A DNA stretch of 64,000 nucleotides, from the IMG/VR virus record IMGVR_UViG_3300028591_000075, positions 1 through 64,000 of that record. One strand, given 5' to 3'. Shown here piece by piece: positions 1-8,212 of this stretch. The position numbers and the translations under genes are program-made. The first letter of the stretch is position 1, and each line of letters starts with the position of its first letter. The notes below the pieces were generated by a model. The model did not search any database, had not been told where the DNA came from, and was given only the letters and a program-made list of their open reading frames with translations. The DNA comes from a virus (Duplodnaviria; Caudoviricetes).

Positions 1-1
1 C

Positions 2-913
2 GCCCACCTCGGTCACACGGTCGAAATAGTCACCGGGTTCGGTGATATGCTGGCGCATCATGGTGACCGTGCGCATAATCGGGTTGTCCAACGCGGTACG
101 CATGACCTTGTTGAGCATGAAGCCGTATTGCAAGTTAAACACGGGGGACTGCAGAAGACCACGGTTACTGTCCTCGACAGCAGGAATCTGGCACGGGTCA
201 CCCACATAGAGAACCTTGATGTAGCTGAATTCAACCAGGTCGCCCTCGATATTCCTCAGCAACTCGGTCCCTGTCATGGAGGCTTCGTCAATCACAACGA
301 TATCATATTCACCCAGCTTGGATTCACCATCGCGTTCCAAGTACGGTTCCTTGTCATCCAAGTCAACGAGTTTCAGGCCACAAAGGGAGAAAATTGTACG
401 GTCAAACTGTCGGTTAGTACGCTTGGCAATGACTTCGACGGCCTTGTTTGTCGGGGCGGTACAGACATACTTTACATGCTTCTTGTCCAGTTCATCGAGC
501 AGGACATTCACCAGGGAGGTCTTACCGGTACCGGCAGGACCACAGAGCACCATCTGGCGGCATTCGCTTTCCATGAAGGAATTGATATATTCAAGGGCAG
601 CCTTCTGGTCATCGGTCAGGTCGTCCTTAGTCAGCAATTTCTGCTTGACTGCGGGTTCCTTTTCAGGCTCCTTCTCGGGTTCCTTCGTTTCCTCGTCCTC
701 GGACCCATCCGGGTCATCGTTAAACGGGTCGAATGGCTTCGGCGGATCCGGAAGTTTAGGAGGTACTTCCGCATCCTCCTTGGGTTCCTCCACCTTTTGT
801 TCGGCATCGCCAGCAAGCAAACCACTCGTGGACACTTCCTTGCCCTCGACACCCGATTCCTCGCGGTCCTTCAATTCCTGGTTCAATTCTTCGAACAGTT
901 TGTGAAAATCCAT
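2..913 (-). CDS. Dda/RecD-like SF1 DNA helicase, runs off the left edge; acidic Pro/Glu-rich N-terminal extension
   Basis: Not in the ORF track; translated by hand from ATG at 913 (MDFHKLFEELNQE...). Motifs LCGPAGTGKT (Walker A), TAPTNKAV, VVIDEASM (Walker B), YVGDPCQIPAV. Confidence 0.85.
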   Translation of the reverse strand, partial: MDFHKLFEELNQELKDREESGVEGKEVSTSGLLAGDAEQKVEEPKEDAEVPPKLPDPPKPFDPFNDDPDGSEDEETKEPEKEPEKEPAVKQKLLTKDDLTDDQKAALEYINSFMESECRQMVLCGPAGTGKTSLVNVLLDELDKKHVKYVCTAPTNKAVEVIAKRTNRQFDRTIFSLCGLKLVDLDDKEPYLERDGESKLGEYDIVVIDEASMTGTELLRNIEGDLVEFSYIKVLYVGDPCQIPAVEDSNRGLLQSPVFNLQYGFMLNKVMRTALDNPIMRTVTMMRQHITEPGDYFDRVTEVG

Positions 914-918
914 GCCCC

Positions 919-932
919 AAATATAGCAAAAA
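919..932 (-). promoter_or_regulatory. TTTTTGCTATATTT promoter element (extended -10-like)
   Basis: Same 14-mer also precedes the GT (8112), polymerase (38683) and helicase (53224) genes, with a variant at 49562. Confidence 0.65.
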
Positions 933-955
933 ATACCCGATTTGCCAACCAACTA

Positions 956-963
956 TATAAACT
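956..963 (+). promoter_or_regulatory. TATAAACT late-promoter-like box
   Basis: One of about 12 exact intergenic copies, here 17 nt upstream of the ATG at 981. Confidence 0.7.
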
Positions 964-980
964 ATCGTCGAGGTACCATC

Positions 981-1712
981 ATGAATATGTCAGTTCGTCT
1001 CAATAATCTTGCCGCAGTTTCCACGGGAACGGCCCGCGCCGTATTCGAATCCGCAAATGCGGCATACAGCGCAATCTTCGAAGGCGAGGAGGACGAACTG
1101 GCCGAACTCAGCGAACTCGGTAACGAACTCGGCGATGACCTGGGCACGAATGAAGAAACCGAAGACCCCAATGCAACACAGGAACCGGCAGAACAGACTG
1201 AACAACCGGCACCCGAACAGCCTGCCCCGGAACAGTCCGGACCGGCACCTGAACCCCAGAACGTGAATGCACAGTCCCAGCCCGCATCCATCAGCGCAGA
1301 TGCCCTCATCAAGGAATTGAAAGATCTGAAATATGATGAAAAAATCCGTATCGTCGCGCAGAAGATGAAACGTGCCGCCAAGGGAAAGGCTCCCGATGCG
1401 GAAGACATGGCCAAGCCGGTCGCCGAGGCAATCGCCAAGTACATGACCAAGAAGGGCTATGCGGCCATGGACAAGGAAGATTTCGAAAAGGTCGTCAAGA
1501 CGACTATCATGTCCGCGACCACACAGGCCGAAAAGGTCCAGAAGCAATCCACCGAAAACCCGCCAGCCCAGGAAGCACCGGCTGAGGACGCCCCTGCCGA
1601 AGAAGCCCCCGCCGAGGAAGCCCCGGCGGAAGAGGCCCCTGCCGAGGAAACTCCCGCAGAAGGCGGTGATGAAGGCGGTGGAGATGAAACCGGCGACGAA
1701 CTTGGCCTTTAA
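981..1712 (+). CDS. Acidic hypothetical protein, probable virion/head-internal protein
   Basis: ATG at 981 after AGGT and a TATAAACT box. N-terminus contains AVFES...AIFEG; C-terminus has PAEEA repeats. Confidence 0.7.
   Translation: MNMSVRLNNLAAVSTGTARAVFESANAAYSAIFEGEEDELAELSELGNELGDDLGTNEETEDPNATQEPAEQTEQPAPEQPAPEQSGPAPEPQNVNAQSQPASISADALIKELKDLKYDEKIRIVAQKMKRAAKGKAPDAEDMAKPVAEAIAKYMTKKGYAAMDKEDFEKVVKTTIMSATTQAEKVQKQSTENPPAQEAPAEDAPAEEAPAEEAPAEEAPAEETPAEGGDEGGGDETGDELGL
1571..1662 (+). repeat. 15-bp coding tandem repeat (APAEE about x6)
   Basis: gcccc(t/c/g)gc(c/g)ga(a/g)ga(a/g) units encoding EAPAEDAPAEEAPAEEAPAEEAPAEETPAE. Confidence 0.8.
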
Positions 1713-1715
1713 TTG

Positions 1716-1745
1716 AAAAATGCTGCCTCATGGGCAGCATTTTTT
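1716..1745. terminator. Bidirectional intrinsic terminator
   Basis: AAAAATGCTGCC-tcatg-GGCAGCATTTTT between convergent genes. Confidence 0.8.
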
Positions 1746-2301
1746 AGCAGTAGTATTCAGCGTAGAACTCGGTTTCGAGCTCCTTAGCGGGGAGCCGCTT
1801 CTCCCAGTCGATAATAGCATCCTGCAACTTCCTGTATTCGGAAAGATACCGGTCCCTGCGGTCATAGTCCTTCTGAGTCGGGTTCGGGATGCGCCCAAGG
1901 TCGATGTTGTCTTCAAGGTCACAGACCTTTACCTTGGCAGCAAGATAGTTCTTGGCAACATTTTCGATGTATTCTTCTCTAGGGGTAGTCTTGCCCCTGG
2001 TCAGAACCTCGACAACCTTCCACACAACATCCGGGAAAAACATCTTCAAGTCAGAAGTGGCGAAGCCACCATCCTCAATGGTATCGTGGAGATACGCAAT
2101 GGCGGTAAGATGGTCATCCTCGTAAGCATCAGCTACCCTAGCAGCAACTCTTTCCGGGTGTTCGAAATATGGTTTCCCGCCCTTGTCCTTCTGCCCATCA
2201 TGTGCAAAGGACGCAAAAATTCTAGCCCTTTCCACCATTTCCACTTTTTGGGGCATTCCTCGTAAAAATTCCTTGATTTCGTCACGAGATCGCATTGGCA
2301 T
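1744..2301 (-). CDS. HD-domain small alarmone hydrolase (RelA/SpoT hydrolase, Mesh1-like)
   Basis: AHDGQKDKGGKPYFEHP, AYLHDTIED and VKVCDLEDN motifs typical of SpoT-type HD domains; no synthetase domain. Confidence 0.85.
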   Translation of the reverse strand: MPMRSRDEIKEFLRGMPQKVEMVERARIFASFAHDGQKDKGGKPYFEHPERVAARVADAYEDDHLTAIAYLHDTIEDGGFATSDLKMFFPDVVWKVVEVLTRGKTTPREEYIENVAKNYLAAKVKVCDLEDNIDLGRIPNPTQKDYDRRDRYLSEYRKLQDAIIDWEKRLPAKELETEFYAEYYC

Positions 2302-2407
2302 TCATCTCCGGTTTAGATTACTGGATGTTGCGTAATATTTTACTATCGAAAAACTATTATTTTTACCATTAAAGATACTAATTTTTATAAAAAAGTGGGC
2401 AAAAATC

Positions 2408-2854
2408 ATGACCAAAGAACAACTCATCGAAGGAATTAAGTGCAAATTGACCGAGGCGCTATCCTTCATCGTGGAAACTACCCCAAGCATCACCCTCAAT
2501 GAGCCGGTTCCTGGCTACAAGAGCGCCGGTACGGAATACTTCAACGTCTCTGGTGAATATGCTGCCGGTGAACTGTTCGGCAAGATCGAACTCGCCGTAT
2601 CGGAATCACCCCAAGGTGCCCGTCCAATCAACTTGAAGATGTCCTTTGGCGAGGAAACACCCACTCCGATTTCGATTACGAGTCCAAACGACCTGTTCGA
2701 ATCGATTACTAACAAGCACCGCCTGTTCGTGGAACGCTCCTACAACAAAAGCAGCGCATTCGCGTTAAACGATGCGCTGAAAGAACTAGAAGAACTTCCC
2801 TGCCCACCCGAGGTTCATCAGAAAATCATGGACATTATCCAGAAACTTCGTTAG
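2408..2854 (+). CDS. Hypothetical protein
   Basis: 148-aa ORF filling the gap; upstream TATAAAAA variant. Confidence 0.65.
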   Translation: MTKEQLIEGIKCKLTEALSFIVETTPSITLNEPVPGYKSAGTEYFNVSGEYAAGELFGKIELAVSESPQGARPINLKMSFGEETPTPISITSPNDLFESITNKHRLFVERSYNKSSAFALNDALKELEELPCPPEVHQKIMDIIQKLR

Positions 2855-2858
2855 ACAC

Positions 2859-3389
2859 TCACAAGCCTCGTGCGGCAGGCATGCTGTCGAGAAGTTTCTG
2901 AATTTCCTCACGTGTCCGAATCCGCTGATTCGAACTACCCCTGAATTTCAGTGAAATATCCCTCTGTTCCAGGATGAACGGGCCGTCCACCAAGACATCC
3001 ACCGTTTTGAGGATGTTCGACGTTACGAGATGGATATCCTGGCGCTGCCCAGTCAGCAGGTCCTTATCCAACACATAGCCGGTAAACATCCACAGAGTCT
3101 TGTCAGGATACTTTTCCTTGAACTTGGAAAGGAACGGCAAGAGCCCCCACTGGTTCTCGGGCTCAAACGGTTCGCCACCAAGTACAGTCAGTCCGGCAAT
3201 ATAGGATGGCCGGCATGCTTCGAGCACCTCATTCTCGGCAATAGCGTCGAATTCCTTGCCATAGGAAAAGTCCCAGGTCTCTGGATTAAAGCAACCCTTG
3301 CAGTGGTTGCGGCAACCGGAGACGAAGAGTGAGACCCGAAGGCCTTCCCCATCGACTATTGACATCGGATCAATCTTGCTGTAATTCAT
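2859..3389 (-). CDS. nrdG: Anaerobic ribonucleotide reductase activase (radical SAM)
   Basis: DGEGLRVSLFVSGCRNHCKGCFN (CxxxCxxC), LGGEP, LVDGPF, FRGSSNQR; adjacent to nrdD. Confidence 0.95.
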   Translation of the reverse strand: MNYSKIDPMSIVDGEGLRVSLFVSGCRNHCKGCFNPETWDFSYGKEFDAIAENEVLEACRPSYIAGLTVLGGEPFEPENQWGLLPFLSKFKEKYPDKTLWMFTGYVLDKDLLTGQRQDIHLVTSNILKTVDVLVDGPFILEQRDISLKFRGSSNQRIRTREEIQKLLDSMPAARGL

Positions 3390-6130
3390 TAGATGTTGTG
3401 CCTGTCACCGAGTTCAGCGAGCTTGCCGTCATTCCAGGACTTCAAAATTGTCTTCCTGGGTGCGCCGGTCAAGTAGCCAGTGATACGACGGACGCGGACG
3501 AACATGTCCTCATCCTTACAACCGCACTTCGGGCATTCATTGTCGATAATGCCGTGATAACCGCAGGCAAGGCAGTCATCCGAATCCATCGTCGTAGTGA
3601 AGTACCCGAGGTCACCTTCATACATCGCGTCGATTGCGGCCTTGACAGCCGGGATGTTCTTGGACAAGTCACCGTTGAGCTTGTAGTAAAAGATATGACC
3701 GGCGTTCGTAATCTTGTGGAACGGCGCCTCGGTCTTAATCTTGTTTTCAAGCGAGGTATCCAAGGAAAAGTACATCATGTGGCTGTTGGTGTAGTAACCC
3801 TTTCCGAAAATCTGCATGAGGTCAACATCTTCAAGGCCCTTCACGCCAACCATGCGAACCTTCTTCTTACGAGCGGAAGGATGGGCGCATTCGCAACCGG
3901 TAACAAAGTCGTCATCAGTCATCTTCGGGTTCGGATGACCTTCACAACCGGTCATCATATCATCATCACCCCATCCATCCTGCGTGGTATCCGGTTCCTC
4001 GATGATTTCCTTACAGAACTTGTTCTTGTCGATGGAGGCAAAGCGGCCAGCGACGGCTTCTGCCGGAGTAGCGAAGCAAGACCAGTTGAGGTGAGTTTCC
4101 TTCTGGGTCTTATCGCAGAACTCGCGGATGTGCTTCACGATGGAAAGCGCAAAGTCATCGATGTCATGGTCAATACCGAAAGTCTTGCCGGTAAGGAGGG
4201 TGATGACTTCGGCGATGCCGATATAACCGATAGACAGGGTGGACTGCTTCATCACTTCCGCAATGGAATCGGTGAGCGCGTGCTTCTTGTCATCGGATGT
4301 CAGGTAAAGACCCTGCTGCATCGTGAACGGGAAGTTCTCGTAGGTCTTGGTGTTGCAGATAAAGTTGAAACGGTCAAGGAGGCTATTCTTGGCGCATTCA
4401 AGCAACTCGTCGAGCTTCTCGAAGAATATCTGTTTACGGGTTTCCTCGTTCTTGCTCTTGATGTGAGCCTCGATAGCGATACGGGGCAAGTTGAGCGTAT
4501 GGAACGCGAAGTTACCGCGGGCGGTAGTCTGTTCCGGTCCGTTGATGTTGCCGATGACCCTGGTACGGCAGCCCATCGTGGAAATGGTGGTGTTCGGGAT
4601 AATCTTGCGGACTTTGAGCTTGTCGCCCGTCTTGGACACGACTTCCCAGTAGTCGCCATTGCCCACATCGTATTCAAACGCAGTGGTTTCGCCGGCCTTG
4701 TAATCGCCGAAGCCGAATTCAAAATCTTCGTTCCTACCCCGGTACTTGAACGTCGGGTTTGCATCCTCGACTTCCTTGTATTCGTACTTGACATACGGGA
4801 GGTTGAAGGAGGAGTCAACACGTACAAAGTTCGGGTAGAAGCGGCGGGCGAGACATTCGATTGCCTGGTTGTACAGGTCGTAGTTCGGGTCGCCCTCGTA
4901 CTTGGTATAGCCCTTCATGAGCTTGAAAATCAAGATCGGGAAAATCGGGGTAAGGCCGTCACCCATGCCTTCGTACTGGGCACGCATCAGGTTGTAGCTG
5001 ACCATGCGTCCGCAGTTCGACGTATCGAGACCGAAGTTGATGGAGGAGAACGGAACCTGGTTGCCAGAACGGCTCTGCAAGGAGTTCAGGTTGTGAACGA
5101 GAGCTTCCATTGCCTGGTGCGTTTCAATGTTCGTGTACTTGATGGCCTTCTCGATGCACTTCTTGGGGAAACGGCCATAGTAATGATGGGGAGGCTTGTT
5201 CATCGTAACATCGGCGAGGAGCTTGCGCCAACGGGCCTTGTCCTCATCTTTTTCCGGATCGCCGGCAAAGTCCTTGAAGTGCTCGTCGCCGGTATCGTCA
5301 TAGTAGTCATTGAGCCTGATACCGAGATGGGTACGGAAACTCTCGTCCACGGTCGGGGCCAGGTCAAAATCAAAGTTGTCACAGGCAATACCACCGTACT
5401 GCTGGTTGGACTGAAGCTGGAAAATCACGGCAGCCAGCGCGGCAGCACTCTGGACAGAATGGGCACGGCGAATGAAACCCGTGCCGGAATCGAACCCGGA
5501 CTTCAAGAGCTTACCTACCGGGGCAAAGAGGCAGTTGAATGTCAGGTTGTACATATTGAGGTCGTGGATGTGCAGGTAGCCTTCCTTGTGCATCTGGGCA
5601 TACTTCTCGTTGATGTTGTTCAACAGGTTGTATGTCTTGTTGGTCTCGGATGCAATCTTGCCGTATGCACCGGCGGGAGTGGCACCGCACTCGTTCGCGT
5701 TGTCACGCAGGATATTCGAGGTGTTCAGCGATGTGAACTTGTCGTCGGTAATTTCACGCACCGTGGTCAGGAGCGGCGTATTCTTGATAATGGCATTCTT
5801 GGTTGCAAGAACCTTGTCACGGTTGGCACGGTAAATCACATAGGCATCGTATGCCTTGGGCCACTTTTCGCGGAGAACATTCTTCACCGCATTGGCCACC
5901 TTGTCTGCAGAAACTGAAATTGTGTTATATCCCTGGACTTCTTCGATGACCTTGTTGGTCGCCTCGTCGAGTTCTTCATCGGTGACCGAGGTCTTGGTCA
6001 CGTAGAACACGGTCTTCATCGCGTGTTCGATTTTGCTTGGATTAAAGGTCTGTGGTCTTCCGTCACGCTTGTTTACTTTGGCAAGTTTCGGTGTGGCAAC
6101 TGGTTCAGCGACTTCGCTTACATTACTCAT
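3389..6130 (-). CDS. nrdD: Class III anaerobic ribonucleoside-triphosphate reductase with N-terminal ATP cone
   Basis: ATP cone VNKRDGR...FNPSKI; HIHDL, NC and MGCRT catalytic cysteines; ATPAE, YTNS, CxxC...CxxC, glycyl-radical motif RRITGYL. Confidence 0.95.
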   Translation of the reverse strand: MSNVSEVAEPVATPKLAKVNKRDGRPQTFNPSKIEHAMKTVFYVTKTSVTDEELDEATNKVIEEVQGYNTISVSADKVANAVKNVLREKWPKAYDAYVIYRANRDKVLATKNAIIKNTPLLTTVREITDDKFTSLNTSNILRDNANECGATPAGAYGKIASETNKTYNLLNNINEKYAQMHKEGYLHIHDLNMYNLTFNCLFAPVGKLLKSGFDSGTGFIRRAHSVQSAAALAAVIFQLQSNQQYGGIACDNFDFDLAPTVDESFRTHLGIRLNDYYDDTGDEHFKDFAGDPEKDEDKARWRKLLADVTMNKPPHHYYGRFPKKCIEKAIKYTNIETHQAMEALVHNLNSLQSRSGNQVPFSSINFGLDTSNCGRMVSYNLMRAQYEGMGDGLTPIFPILIFKLMKGYTKYEGDPNYDLYNQAIECLARRFYPNFVRVDSSFNLPYVKYEYKEVEDANPTFKYRGRNEDFEFGFGDYKAGETTAFEYDVGNGDYWEVVSKTGDKLKVRKIIPNTTISTMGCRTRVIGNINGPEQTTARGNFAFHTLNLPRIAIEAHIKSKNEETRKQIFFEKLDELLECAKNSLLDRFNFICNTKTYENFPFTMQQGLYLTSDDKKHALTDSIAEVMKQSTLSIGYIGIAEVITLLTGKTFGIDHDIDDFALSIVKHIREFCDKTQKETHLNWSCFATPAEAVAGRFASIDKNKFCKEIIEEPDTTQDGWGDDDMMTGCEGHPNPKMTDDDFVTGCECAHPSARKKKVRMVGVKGLEDVDLMQIFGKGYYTNSHMMYFSLDTSLENKIKTEAPFHKITNAGHIFYYKLNGDLSKNIPAVKAAIDAMYEGDLGYFTTTMDSDDCLACGYHGIIDNECPKCGCKDEDMFVRVRRITGYLTGAPRKTILKSWNDGKLAELGDRHNI

Positions 6131-6236
6131 ACATTTTCCTCATTTTTACCTTACAACGGCGACCGCCTATCGGTCGCGTTGAAATAAGGCAAGTAGTGTT
6201 TATATACCTCGGAATCCGGCCACATACTACACAAAA

Positions 6237-6284
6237 ATACAGTATATTGTGTTTTTTGAAGCATTTTTCCACTAGATATGGCGG
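6237..6284. promoter_or_regulatory. Tandem NrdR-box-like operators upstream of nrdD
   Basis: ATACAGTATATTGTGT (6237-6252) and CCACTAGATATGGCGG (6269-6284), 32 bp apart; consensus acaCwAtATaTwGtgt. Confidence 0.65.
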
Positions 6285-6319
6285 TTCCAGCCCGTTTGGT
6301 GAAGAATGTAAATTGTTAT

Positions 6320-7066
6320 TTACCTTGCATTTTCGCCAACGGCCTCCAAGAATTGCCGGATAGTGGACGGCTCGAAGTTGTTGTCCGATGTCCTCGTTAT
6401 CAGACCGGACCCCCTGGATGCCGCACGTACCGCCATGGCATGCAAAAACCCGCGCTTTCCCGACCCACAGTGGACAATCTGTCCGGCTGTAAGGTAAAGC
6501 GCGGTAATCATGGGGTATGACTGGCGTTTCTTCCACGAGACCTTCTCAAATGACGACATCGTCTCCCCGTAAACTAGTCCCGAAATCATCTGCTCGGTCT
6601 TGTAGGAACCACGGTCATAGAGGGCCACCGTAATCGTCAGGGAACGGTCCATGCCTTCCAGCACATTCTTCACAAAGTCAAGGGTATCGTTGCCCGTACA
6701 TTGTCCGGCAATCAACACGTCATTGTCCGGGTGCCTGGGCTGTTCCGGGAGATCCGGAATGGGAAAACTGTCCATCGAGATGGCATTGGACGGCACCCCC
6801 TCAATCTTGCCGATGGTTACGACCCGTGTCGCGTGGTCGAGCATCTTGGCATACTTCTCGTTCCAGTCATGCAGTACCAGTATGTGGTTCTTCTTCTCTA
6901 TCCCGTCGGGTCCGAGAATTCTCCCGTCACCGCATTGCACCACGATTGGGTCCTTGCATTCCGAATGTACCCAGCATGAACGGTGATCGTAAATGGCACA
7001 CATCCTGGCCAAAACATTGAACTTACTATGCCAGTCCGGCACCAACAAATCACGACTGAACTGCAT
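6320..7066 (-). CDS. Hypothetical protein, possibly a degenerate GT-B glycosyltransferase-like fold
   Basis: 248-aa ORF overlapping the upstream GT gene; alpha/beta pattern (ILVLHDW, DVLIAG). Functional call is weak. Confidence 0.55.
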   Translation of the reverse strand: MQFSRDLLVPDWHSKFNVLARMCAIYDHRSCWVHSECKDPIVVQCGDGRILGPDGIEKKNHILVLHDWNEKYAKMLDHATRVVTIGKIEGVPSNAISMDSFPIPDLPEQPRHPDNDVLIAGQCTGNDTLDFVKNVLEGMDRSLTITVALYDRGSYKTEQMISGLVYGETMSSFEKVSWKKRQSYPMITALYLTAGQIVHCGSGKRGFLHAMAVRAASRGSGLITRTSDNNFEPSTIRQFLEAVGENAR

Positions 7067-8105
7067 TTGCCATCTCCTCGTAATACTTGCGCAAGCCCAT
7101 AATCTCCTCCAGCTGTACCGGCGAGAGGTCTGGCAACTTCAACAGAATATCGTCAATGAAGGTTACACAGTATTCGGCCCGGTCCTCTTCCTCAATAGCC
7201 TTCATCACCTTCGTAAAACTCATCTCCCCGGTACGGTCCACATCATAAATGGTGGTATCCATGTGCAGGGAGGATTGCGGGGTGCACTGCCATTCCAGGC
7301 TGACTTCCAGACGACCCATGTCGTTGTACTTGTCCACCAGTTCGGACAGTTTCACCTTGCCGGAAACATACCGTTCCATGTCCTCGTCACTCATGCGGCG
7401 AATGCACGCCTGGCGCACTCGGTTAGCCAGGTACAGCGGACTGTTCTTCAAGTAATCTTCCGTATTGACGACCGGATGGAACAGGTGGTACGCGATGCAT
7501 CCTTCTTCCCGGCTGCGGCTGATTGGGCCGACGATGCGCCGGCACTTGGTAAGGAACGCATCGTCCTCAGCACCCCAGTTCACGAACTCCTCGTCATACC
7601 TGCCGATGCGCTTCCAGGTCTCACGGGTGAACACGTTGCACAGGCCGGTCTGGCGGTCAATGGTCACCCCATGGTCCTTGTAGCCAGGGAGAAGAGGCTT
7701 TCCGCCCACGAGAAGGCGGGTATCTGTCTCTTTCAGGTACATCGCCTCCGAATACGGAAAGACAAGGGAACCATCTTGCCAATGGTTCCGTATGTAGTTG
7801 ACCACCTTCTCGTTAAGAAACACATCGCCGTCCACCATCACGATGATTTCGGCATCCGGGACTGCCTCGATTGCCGCATTCAGTAGCGCGGTCTTGCGGA
7901 AACCGCCCTCGATTGTCAAGGTAATATGGCGGACCTTTTCAGGATCCATTTGAAGGGTATCAAACCAACCGGTAGGATTCTGTTCGGCCACACAGAACAT
8001 GGCCTCGGGGAACAAACTCATGTTATTTGCAAGGGTCGCCGTGAGGTTTCTTCGACGGTATCTATCACCCTTGTCGCAAAACGCAGTAATCACAAGAAAC
8101 TTCAT
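7050..8105 (-). CDS. GT-A glycosyltransferase (GT2 / GT7-C-like)
   Basis: RRRNL, FRKTALLNAA, VMVDGDVFL (DxD), IGRYDEEFVNWGAEDDAF, YHLFHP. Start set at ATG 8105 just below the promoter motif. Confidence 0.85.
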   Translation of the reverse strand: MKFLVITAFCDKGDRYRRRNLTATLANNMSLFPEAMFCVAEQNPTGWFDTLQMDPEKVRHITLTIEGGFRKTALLNAAIEAVPDAEIIVMVDGDVFLNEKVVNYIRNHWQDGSLVFPYSEAMYLKETDTRLLVGGKPLLPGYKDHGVTIDRQTGLCNVFTRETWKRIGRYDEEFVNWGAEDDAFLTKCRRIVGPISRSREEGCIAYHLFHPVVNTEDYLKNSPLYLANRVRQACIRRMSDEDMERYVSGKVKLSELVDKYNDMGRLEVSLEWQCTPQSSLHMDTTIYDVDRTGEMSFTKVMKAIEEEDRAEYCVTFIDDILLKLPDLSPVQLEEIMGLRKYYEEMANAVQS

Positions 8106-8111
8106 AGTAAA

Positions 8112-8125
8112 AAATATAGCAAAAA
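8112..8125 (-). promoter_or_regulatory. TTTTTGCTATATTT promoter element, likely leaderless transcript
   Basis: TATATT ends 7 nt before ATG 8105. Confidence 0.6.
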
Positions 8126-8194
8126 ATTCCCGAATTTCCGTATAAAATTGGTTACTATGCAATTTTTTCTTTAACCGCCCACAAATCATAACCT

Positions 8195-8202
8195 TATAAA
8201 CT
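8195..8202 (+). promoter_or_regulatory. TATAAACT late box
   Basis: 10 nt upstream of the terminase ATG. Confidence 0.7.
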
Positions 8203-8212
8203 GTTCTTTACT

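Noticed and set aside
3329-5917. Long antisense ORFs (862 aa opposite nrdD; also opposite the capsid, portal, polymerase and uvsX genes, and 47..1006)
   Set aside because: These are shadow frames from strong codon bias. They have no motifs or RBS and lie opposite well-supported genes.
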